Shown: one piece after another, positions 28,371-35,961 of the stretch
How positions within the stretch are numbered: position 1 is the stretch's first letter
Layout of the letters: each line of letters opens with the position of its first letter
Notes under the pieces: model-generated
The model's database searches: none
Seen by the model: the letters and a program-made list of their open reading frames with translations, nothing else
What the model was told of the DNA's origin: nothing
Origin: a virus
Reading direction: 5' to 3' (one strand)
DNA: 64,000 nucleotides
IMG/VR virus record: IMGVR_UViG_3300049846_002100
Location: 24,942-88,941 of that record
Position numbers and translations under genes: made by a program

Positions 28371-29141
28371 ATGCCCACGCAGCTCACGTTTTGCCGCCGA
28401 TGCAACGCCCCGGTCTATGCAGAGCCGGAAGCGAGCGGCGGGTGTGCGTGCGCCGATGGTCAACTGCTCGGGCTCCTCGCCTCGATGAAGCAAGAGTCCG
28501 TGAAAACGGCGTCCGCGGCACCGGCTGCTGATCTTCCGCCGCTATCTCCCGAGATGTGGATGTCCGAGAGCACCTTGCGCGAAGTCAGATTCGCTCAAGG
28601 AACGAAGGCAGCTACCCGCCCGGTGCCCCAAGCCGCCCCCTCGAAGCCGATAGGGCGAACGGCGTCGACGGCCGACATTACGTTCGACGACCCATTCGAT
28701 TTCAGCGAATCCAGCACACCCGACCCGGGAGACTTGGGGTCTCTTTGGATCTCCAACCTACAGAGGGAGGGGATTGAAACGACAGGGATCGATTTCGAGT
28801 TCAGCACGGCTGATGACATCGACACGGGGACATCCGTGCATATGGGTGCCGACCGATTCCGCGCCGATCGAGCACCCCCACCGCGGCCACCGCGCGCCTA
28901 CAACCGTATCAACGACGGGGAATACGTCAGGCCACTCTACTCGGTCGACGACTCTGCACAAATGCCCATGGGAATCGCCGAGGTCCGAGCCGCTGCTCGG
29001 GGACAAACGCCCCCAACGCCAACTCGGACCATTGCCCCACGACCGCCCGGACCGCCGCCTTCTATCGATCGTAGTCCCGCGGTGTACGTCCCGACGGTAT
29101 TCGAGCGACTCGTCAAAGGCGGCGGTCCGCTGGACGATTAG
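28371..29141 (+). CDS. Hypothetical Pro-rich, largely disordered protein with an N-terminal Cys cluster
   Basis: CRRC...CAC, low complexity, ends PTVFERLVKGGGPLDD. Confidence 0.6.
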   Translation: MPTQLTFCRRCNAPVYAEPEASGGCACADGQLLGLLASMKQESVKTASAAPAADLPPLSPEMWMSESTLREVRFAQGTKAATRPVPQAAPSKPIGRTASTADITFDDPFDFSESSTPDPGDLGSLWISNLQREGIETTGIDFEFSTADDIDTGTSVHMGADRFRADRAPPPRPPRAYNRINDGEYVRPLYSVDDSAQMPMGIAEVRAAARGQTPPTPTRTIAPRPPGPPPSIDRSPAVYVPTVFERLVKGGGPLDD

Positions 29142-29479
29142 TTCGAATCAGGGCCTTTGGGGTTGGGCTGACTGGCAGGCTTTTCGGGGATCTTCTTCGT
29201 CTTCTTCGATTGGGCCTGGACCTTCACTTGATCCAATGTGGCCCGCAGTAGACGGTGGGCCGCCTGGTCGAAGACCAACTGTGCCTGATCGAGGTCGTTG
29301 ACGAGTTCGTGGACCGTGTCGGGCGTCTTCGTATCGAGCCGCTCGACATCGTGTGAGATTTGCACGGCCAGATCGATGAGGAGCCCCTCCTTCGCAGCGG
29401 GGTCATCCTCCTCTTCGATCTCTTCGTAGAGGGCAATGGTCTCTTCGGAGAAGGAAATCGCGGGCATACGGTCGTCCAT
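29138..29479 (-). CDS. Small acidic helical hypothetical protein
   Basis: 113 aa; GGTGTA at 29491-29496 on the minus strand. Confidence 0.6.
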   Translation of the reverse strand: MDDRMPAISFSEETIALYEEIEEEDDPAAKEGLLIDLAVQISHDVERLDTKTPDTVHELVNDLDQAQLVFDQAAHRLLRATLDQVKVQAQSKKTKKIPEKPASQPNPKGPDSN

Positions 29480-29566
29480 GGGGGTCTCTATACACCGAGG
29501 CGAAGCATAGGCTGCAAACCCTTGTAATTTTGATGGGCCCGACCCTACCTGCCGATTAAACCGCCG

Positions 29567-30394
29567 ATGACCCCGCTTCCGGTGGAGGCATTAAAAATGC
29601 GGGTTCTACGGCAGGGACTAGAGGGGGACGATGTTTCGGCCTGGCAGAACTTCTTGACCGGACAGGGGTTCTACAAGAACGAGGTCGACGGGTCGTTTGG
29701 TGACAAGACCAAGCTAGCGACGCAGGACTTCCAGAGGACGTTCGGCCTGGATCCCGATGGGGCCGTGGGGGACGCCACGATTGCGAAGGCCGTCGAGTGC
29801 GGCTTCGAAGCCTACAGGGGCGAGGATGCGAGCGCAACAGGCCCGAATTGGCCCGCGCCGCCCACGAATTTGAAGCCCTTGACCTCAACGGCAGAGAGGC
29901 AACGGGAGTTCGGCGCGTTCAAGTATGCGGCGGCTCCTACGCCGGGTAACCCAGAAGCCATCCGGGTTACCGACAACTGGTATCAGGCGAACATGACCCG
30001 AGTGGTCATCCCTCAGCTTGCGGGTGGACGTATCGTCGGTGCCCCCAAGGACGGGAGCATCGTCTTCCACCGCCGGGGAGCGGGCCAGCTCCTTGCGATG
30101 TTTCGCGCATGGGACGACGCGGGACTCATGCCCCTCGTGCTCTCGTGGGCTGGTAGTTACGCCCCTCGATTCATCCGGGGTAGCCGGTCCGTTCTCTCTA
30201 ACCACGCCTTCGGAACCGCCTTCGACATCAACCCCGAATGGAACGGCCTCGGCGTCGTCCCTGCCCTCGTAGGGAATGTCGGTTCGGTACGGAAGCTCGC
30301 CGAGCTGGCACCTCAGTTTGGGTTCTATTGGGGCGGTCATTTCAGTGGTCGCCCTGACGGAATGCACTTTGAGCTGTGTGAGGTACGTACGTGA
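29567..30394 (+). CDS. Endolysin: peptidoglycan-binding domain plus M15 peptidase
   Basis: DGSFGDKTKLATQDFQ...DGAVGDAT; SNHAFGTAFDIN...WGGHF..PDGMHFE. Confidence 0.9.
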   Translation: MTPLPVEALKMRVLRQGLEGDDVSAWQNFLTGQGFYKNEVDGSFGDKTKLATQDFQRTFGLDPDGAVGDATIAKAVECGFEAYRGEDASATGPNWPAPPTNLKPLTSTAERQREFGAFKYAAAPTPGNPEAIRVTDNWYQANMTRVVIPQLAGGRIVGAPKDGSIVFHRRGAGQLLAMFRAWDDAGLMPLVLSWAGSYAPRFIRGSRSVLSNHAFGTAFDINPEWNGLGVVPALVGNVGSVRKLAELAPQFGFYWGGHFSGRPDGMHFELCEVRT

Positions 30395-31067
30395 AATCAT
30401 TTGTGTACTGCACCACCAACGTAAAGAGCGGGAAGCGCTACGTCGGCAAGGCTAATAACCCGACTCAACGTTGGGTAGATCATATCCGTCGTGCCAGACA
30501 AAGTGCGGAGGGGTACCTCACCAACACCATACGCAAGTGGGGAGTTGAGTCATTTAAGTTAGAGGTCGTTCAAGAACACCCTTCGGAGAAAGCGGCTTTC
30601 GAAGCGGAGGCTGAACTCACTCGTGTTTGGGAAACAAACAACTCCCAGTAGGGGTACAACCTTGCGGGAGGTGGTCGAGGCGGCGGCCCCTCAGAGATCG
30701 TCCTTGCCAAGCTTAGACGACCAAAGTCGGAAGAGACTAAGCTACGTATGCGACGCCCAAAGTCTCCTGAACATAGGCAAAAGCTGAGTGCCGTGAAGGT
30801 CAGCGATAAGAACCTCAATTCGGCAAACCGCTCTCGGAAGAGCATCGCACCAAGATCAGTCGTGCTAATACGGGGTCTGGTAACGGCTTCGCAGGGAGGA
30901 AACATGGGGACGCAACACGCGAACGCATGCGCGCGGCCCAACAATCCCCCGAAGTGAAACAACGGGCTTCTGAGGGGGTGCGTGCGGCGTGGGTACGTCG
31001 AAAAGCAGTCCCAAAAGTCAACGACAGCATGCATTTCGAGTTGGCAGAACCCAATTCAGCGGTGTAA
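30391..31067 (+). pseudogene. GIY-YIG homing endonuclease with NUMOD3-like repeats; in-frame TAG and a frameshift
   Basis: FVY...RYVGK...RW..H, TAG at 30649 inside NSQ*GYNL. A frameshift near 30814 leads to FGKPLSEEHRTKIS...GRKH and a TAA at 31065. Confidence 0.85.
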
Positions 31068-31125
31068 GTTAGGGATCCACGCGATAGACACATGGGTGTC
31101 TGAGATCGCATCGGAGGAGATCAAA

Positions 31126-31326
31126 ATGGCAACTAAGAGCACCGCGAAGAAGCCGGCAACCAAGAAGACCCCGGCAAAGAAGGCAACCTCGACGACGGTG
31201 AGGAAGACGACCCGAAGCGCGCCGAAGACGGCCAAGGCTCCGGCAAAGCGCTCGGCGGCGAAGAAGCCGGTGGCGCGAAAGGCCCCCGCGCGCAAGCCGG
31301 CGGCCACCTCGACCCCGAAGAGCTGA
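31126..31326 (+). CDS. Histone H1-like Lys/Ala-rich basic protein
   Basis: 66 aa of KKPA/KKTPAKK/RKAPARK repeats with no acidic residues; GGAGGAG SD. Confidence 0.8.
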   Translation: MATKSTAKKPATKKTPAKKATSTTVRKTTRSAPKTAKAPAKRSAAKKPVARKAPARKPAATSTPKS

Positions 31327-31345
31327 GCCCCTACGCGGGAGTTGA

Positions 31346-31378
31346 AAGGGGGGAGGCGGCCACGGTCGCTTCCCCCTT
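31346..31378. terminator. Hairpin between convergent genes (probable terminator)
   Basis: GGGGGAGGCGGCC-AC-GGTCGCTTCCCCC stem with G-U pairs. Confidence 0.6.
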
Positions 31379-31388
31379 CGGCTTTCCA

Positions 31389-31979
31389 TCACACGGAGAC
31401 GCCTCTCTTCAACCGTTCGTACACGGAGAGCACCGAGGGTTCCGGCCAATCCCCAACATCCTCTTGCACGAGCGTTGACAGCTCATCCGGGTGTAGTGCA
31501 CACGGGATCACGCCTTGCGAAGGATCGTATCCGAGCAACGGCACCGCCACCGAGAACTGCCCCGCCATGTCCCCTTGGGGAGTCACATTGATGCCCCACC
31601 CATCACTACTGACGTAGACCGTCAGTACCACGACTCTCTGAAAGAGATCGTTGAGAGATACACCCCCAGATGTGTACACGGATCGAACCGACGCGCATTC
31701 GAGAGTGAACGTCGAGGGGTAATCGTTGTTCTGCGCACGAGCCTTGTCGAGTTCCTCGTGCGTGATCTCCCACTCGAAGAAAAGCTTCAGCAGCCCCTCT
31801 GCCTTCTCCTGATAATTGGGGAGAAGACCTCCCGCGAAGGAGGGATCGCTCTCGTCTGAAGGAAGCCCCAACGCAAGCTCGGTGGTGAAGTTGCGTTGAT
31901 AACCGGCACGAAAAACGAGCTTCGACGGTCGATCCTGAAAGTTGAAGTAAACAGTCTCATCCGTAAAGTCGATCAACAT
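31389..31979 (-). CDS. Hypothetical protein
   Basis: 196 aa; ends LSVYERLKRGVSV. Confidence 0.65.
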   Translation of the reverse strand: MLIDFTDETVYFNFQDRPSKLVFRAGYQRNFTTELALGLPSDESDPSFAGGLLPNYQEKAEGLLKLFFEWEITHEELDKARAQNNDYPSTFTLECASVRSVYTSGGVSLNDLFQRVVVLTVYVSSDGWGINVTPQGDMAGQFSVAVPLLGYDPSQGVIPCALHPDELSTLVQEDVGDWPEPSVLSVYERLKRGVSV

Positions 31980-31993
31980 CCCGTGGACCCCAC

Positions 31994-32011
31994 TCTACAC
32001 CATGGTGTAGA
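31994..32011. promoter_or_regulatory. 18-bp perfect palindrome made of two back-to-back GGTGTA motifs between divergent genes
   Basis: TCTACACCATGGTGTAGA; starts at 31979 (-) and 32020 (+). Confidence 0.75.
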
Positions 32012-32019
32012 TCGTCGCG

Positions 32020-32301
32020 ATGGCCGGACCTACCGACATGACTCTCCTTTGGGCGCTCCTCTCCTCGAAGAAGCTCAAGCCCGCCGAAACGAAAGCCTTC
32101 CAGTACATGTACGACGACCTTCGCAACGGGAAGATCGTCAACTTGTCCAAGAAGCAGCGCGATTGGGTGATGCAGCGCTTCAACGATCTCGACCTGAAAC
32201 TGTCATCGACACCCGCACCTCCGTCGCCAAAGAAGAGCGGGTCTGCACCGACGTACGACTGGGAAAAGAACAAGCCTCTGAAGCCACCAGGCCGGCCCTG
32301 A
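32020..32301 (+). CDS. Small hypothetical protein
   Basis: 93 aa; LSKKQRDWV motif. Confidence 0.6.
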   Translation: MAGPTDMTLLWALLSSKKLKPAETKAFQYMYDDLRNGKIVNLSKKQRDWVMQRFNDLDLKLSSTPAPPSPKKSGSAPTYDWEKNKPLKPPGRP

Positions 32302-32361
32302 CGACACTACCTATCCGCTCGCTATTGCTAGGGAATGGACCGGCGACAGGGAGAGCGACGG

Positions 32362-32694
32362 ATGGCAGCAAAGAAGACCGCCGCTAAGGCGCCCGCGAAA
32401 ACGCCTGTTGAAGCGTCTTCCAAGGCGGTTCCGAAGGGACCCGCCCCGAAACGAGACCCGATTCAGGTCGCAGTAGTTGAGGTCCGGAAGGACCATTATG
32501 ATGAGGTCCCACGAGACTGGCCCCGCAAACTGCTGGAGCCCGTCAAGGAAGTCGTATTACGACCCATCGCAGAGCGGCAGAGGGTCTTGATTCGACCTGT
32601 TAGTGTCGAGATCCTCGCCCCTGTGTCAACGATGCGAGAGCTGCGCAAGAAGCTCGGCGCAAAGTTCGCGGTGATCATCACCTCGACTGGCTGA
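32362..32694 (+). CDS. Small hypothetical protein with a basic N-terminus
   Basis: MAAKKTAAKAPAK...; GGGAG SD. Confidence 0.55.
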   Translation: MAAKKTAAKAPAKTPVEASSKAVPKGPAPKRDPIQVAVVEVRKDHYDEVPRDWPRKLLEPVKEVVLRPIAERQRVLIRPVSVEILAPVSTMRELRKKLGAKFAVIITSTG

Positions 32695-33017
32695 ACCGAC
32701 GTGCCACCGGGACGCAAGATCCGGGGCATCGTACGTGACCTGATCGTCCTCTGAGGTTCGGAACGGTGTTCGGCGTAGCATGGCCACCCCACGTTGCATG
32801 AGTACGATTGCCGTAGAGGACAAACACCACGTCACGTTCCCAAATGACTTCTTCCGGCACCCCGTACTTCGGCTTCATCGAGCTTCCCCGCGCTCACGAT
32901 CTCACCGGCTCGGGCTCTCGGGGTGAAGTGAATGAGGCAATCCTCTGCCGAAGGCATGTAGAGGATCCGACCGCCGGACCACGTCTCTTCGCCCGTGGGC
33001 ACAAGAGGCGAAGTCAT
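32626..33017 (-). pseudogene. Frameshifted gene remnant, possibly ADP-ribosyltransferase-like
   Basis: Three short overlapping ORFs in different frames: LIHFT...IVSAGKL, then MKPKYGVPEEVIWERDVVF, then AMLRRTPF..EDDQVTY. It begins with an ATGA overlap on the nitrilase stop. Confidence 0.4.
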
Positions 33018-33814
33018 GGGATGTCCGCGTAGACGATGCAGTCCTCGCTCCAGCGAAGGCCATCACAGTGAACCTTGCCGGAGGGCTCGATCACGCAGAT
33101 ACCACCCTCCCCGAAGTTGTTGTTGGCCTCTTGGCCGTAGCGGTTTGACACCACGAAGGTGACCTTATTGTCCTCGGCGAACTCCATCCAGGAGACAGCG
33201 GGGAAGCCTCCGTCCCCGAAGTTGGCCGACATGCACACGATGTCCGCATCACCTGGATCGTAGAAAGAGGACCACTTGTCGTCCTTCTTGTCCCGCACGT
33301 CACGACAGATGAGAAGGCCGACCTTGCGTGGCTTCCCGTCGCCGAGGTCCGTGGTCATGATCGCCGGGTTGGAGCGCCCCGCGGCAGCCCACAGGTAATC
33401 ATTGCCCCAACGGTTCACCTTGCGGTACGTCTCGAACATGAGGTTCGGGGCGAGGATGACCTGGCTGTTATAGTACGTCTCACTCTGAACTTGTTGCTCG
33501 ACCATGCCCCACACGATGTGCACGTCGTACTTGAGTACGAGCGCCTGCATGATCCGCATCGTTTGACATGGATCCATGGGTGGTGCGAACTTCGTCTGGT
33601 GGAAGACGAACGCATCCGGGGTGATCAACTCTCCGAACTTGATCGCGTCATTCAGCCCCATGAGAGAGTAGCCAGTCGTCGCCAGCTCGGGGAACACGAT
33701 GAGCTGAGCCCCTTTACCAGCAGCCTCCTCAACGAACTTGACCATCTTCTGAAGGTTGCCGCGCTTGTCCCCGAAGACAGGGGCAAACTGCACCGTGGCG
33801 ATACGCACGCTCAT
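33014..33814 (-). CDS. Carbon-nitrogen hydrolase (nitrilase superfamily)
   Basis: Catalytic triad motifs LIVFPELATTGY (E), YRKVN (K), GLLICRD (C). Confidence 0.9.
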   Translation of the reverse strand: MSVRIATVQFAPVFGDKRGNLQKMVKFVEEAAGKGAQLIVFPELATTGYSLMGLNDAIKFGELITPDAFVFHQTKFAPPMDPCQTMRIMQALVLKYDVHIVWGMVEQQVQSETYYNSQVILAPNLMFETYRKVNRWGNDYLWAAAGRSNPAIMTTDLGDGKPRKVGLLICRDVRDKKDDKWSSFYDPGDADIVCMSANFGDGGFPAVSWMEFAEDNKVTFVVSNRYGQEANNNFGEGGICVIEPSGKVHCDGLRWSEDCIVYADIP

Positions 33815-35535
33815 GCGGCCCTCCCGGCCCAAACAAGGGCTGCCTGTTTGATCACCCACCCAACGTCAGAGCCTACGTCGGTTTTGAGCTGATCCAACAT
33901 AGAACGCTTCGGCCTCTCGGGACGCTCTGCCTTCCGGGTCAGGAACAAGCGAAGCTCGTCACCAGATGGCCGCTTGCCCGCCTGCCATTCAGCCAACAGG
34001 CGCCGGCACAAACGCAGATCCGTAGGGTCGTTCGCATCGAAGTAGCGGAGCGTATCCTCGACATCGAAGCCAAGGTCTTGGCTCATCCGGTCGAAGAGCT
34101 TGGCCTCCCCAAATTTCATGTCCGCGAGGTCATCGACCTCCTTCAAAAGAAGTCGGACAACACCAGGGGACTTGACCTCAACAAGGTCCCCAAACTCTTC
34201 AATGGCCCTTGCTCCGGTCTCCTCCGGGACGATGAGGCTGTCATCGGCCGCCTGTAGGAGGGCCGCGACTACACCTTGCTCGTCGGTCACCTTACGCCCA
34301 AACGTGGCCTCAACCACCTGCACGAGGGGCTTCCAATCGCCCCTCTGCACGTCGTGTAGGAAATCTACGACTGCGGACGCCCATCGCGTCCGTTTGTCCG
34401 GGAAATTCACCATCTCGGGCTCCGGGAACCGCTTCTTGGGGTCAAGGGCGCCGGTGGGAAGGCCCGTCGTGCCCACCACCTTCTCCAGGAACCCCTTGCT
34501 CGTCGCAGCCTTCTCAAAGTCCGCAAGCAGACGGTCATACCCGTCTCGAATTGCCGCGACCCCTGCATCCACCAAGAAGTGGAGGTGATCGTAGCGGTCC
34601 GTGAAGGTCAAGTATGGCGCATACTTCTCCCGCGCCTTGGACTTCATGGCGTCGGCTTGGGCGCGAGCCGTGTCGACGAAGCGTGCACGGTACCCATCAA
34701 GATCCTCATATATCCGGACGACGACATCCGAAGGAGCGCGACCCTGAAAAACCTTCGTCAACGCTGCCCGTATCTCCTGGAGATGGGCCTTGCGCTCGCG
34801 GTTGTTGCGGCGAGAGATCACCGCCTTTACCACGTCCATGACGCCGGTGTGATCCGTCACTGTTAGCCCATTCTTCTGAGCGATTCGGCGGATGGCCAGA
34901 CAGCCTTCAAGGGCCTTGTTTCCTGCCTCTTTAGCCGGCGTCCGCATGTCCAGCATGTTGAGCATGCGGATAGGCTCATTCAACGCGTACATGTGTTGGA
35001 TGATCGGGAAGTCATCCCCGGTACCAGCCGCTTGGAGGAACTCGCGAATCGCGGCCTCCAACGCCACCAGCTCATCACCTTCCGACTGTCCGATACCCCT
35101 CGTCTTAAGGCCAACCTGACGACGCCGAAGCTCTTTGATCTGGCGGTTGATCAGACTCTCAAGCGAGGACAGGTCCGTCTTAAAGGATATATGCAGGAAG
35201 TTGACGATGCACTCGGAGCCGATCAGAAGGGTCTTCTTTCGACCCTTGTTCAGGATAGGGAAGTTCCAGGTGATGGGGTGCTTTCCGCATAGTTCGCAGG
35301 TAGACCCCTCATCCCGGAAGGGAGCGCCCTTCCGGGACCACTCCTTGATCGCTTCCTTCAGTTCCTTGCTGACGGACTCGGACAAGAGCTTGTCCTTGAT
35401 CGTCTGCCAGTAAACTTCGCTCGTGTTCGGCGGCCGGAGCTTTAGCTCTTCCAGGTCCCGCAGGGCCCTCGCAACCTCGGGGAGGTCGTTGATGGTCGCC
35501 CCAAGCGGGCCTCTGGTGGCGCAGATCAGGAACAT
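33811..35535 (-). CDS. Large hypothetical protein with a zinc-ribbon motif
   Basis: 574 aa; CELCGKHPI...IGSECI. Confidence 0.7.
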   Translation of the reverse strand: MFLICATRGPLGATINDLPEVARALRDLEELKLRPPNTSEVYWQTIKDKLLSESVSKELKEAIKEWSRKGAPFRDEGSTCELCGKHPITWNFPILNKGRKKTLLIGSECIVNFLHISFKTDLSSLESLINRQIKELRRRQVGLKTRGIGQSEGDELVALEAAIREFLQAAGTGDDFPIIQHMYALNEPIRMLNMLDMRTPAKEAGNKALEGCLAIRRIAQKNGLTVTDHTGVMDVVKAVISRRNNRERKAHLQEIRAALTKVFQGRAPSDVVVRIYEDLDGYRARFVDTARAQADAMKSKAREKYAPYLTFTDRYDHLHFLVDAGVAAIRDGYDRLLADFEKAATSKGFLEKVVGTTGLPTGALDPKKRFPEPEMVNFPDKRTRWASAVVDFLHDVQRGDWKPLVQVVEATFGRKVTDEQGVVAALLQAADDSLIVPEETGARAIEEFGDLVEVKSPGVVRLLLKEVDDLADMKFGEAKLFDRMSQDLGFDVEDTLRYFDANDPTDLRLCRRLLAEWQAGKRPSGDELRLFLTRKAERPERPKRSMLDQLKTDVGSDVGWVIKQAALVWAGRAA

Positions 35536-35571
35536 TCGCAGCTCTCCTCGTGAGAGAGCCGCAATAAGTGC

Positions 35572-35961
35572 CTAAACGGTGTCGCTCGGGAACTGCCGGC
35601 GCCAGTGCGGGCTTGAAGTACCCCGGAACGTCTTCGGGAGCCGAGCCACGGCCTGCATCGTCGCATGAGGAACCGGGCCTACTCGACCGTTGGGGAACCG
35701 GACCTGGTAGACCTCGTTCGGGGCGATAACTCCTCGCCCCGTGATGAAGATCGAATCCAAGATCCGCTCGATGTTTGGGATGTCGGCCCGACAACGGGCA
35801 AACCGGGTGGTCCCCAAGGTGATCGTATCCAGCACCTCCAAGGTGTTGAACACGATGTTCGCCGTGCTCGCGGTCTTGAGGATCAGGTTGGCCGCGTCGG
35901 TCACCGTCTCCAGATTGCCACGCATTTGCACCCCAAAGTGCACCCATGTCTTCGCTGTCAT
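35572..35961 (-). CDS. Hypothetical protein
   Basis: 129 aa; ATGA overlap with thyX. Confidence 0.6.
   Translation of the reverse strand: MTAKTWVHFGVQMRGNLETVTDAANLILKTASTANIVFNTLEVLDTITLGTTRFARCRADIPNIERILDSIFITGRGVIAPNEVYQVRFPNGRVGPVPHATMQAVARLPKTFRGTSSPHWRRQFPSDTV

Noticed and set aside
30391-31067. Group I intron in the endolysin
   Set aside because: The lysin is complete before the element, the endonuclease frame fills the whole insert, and I see no room or motifs for a ribozyme core.
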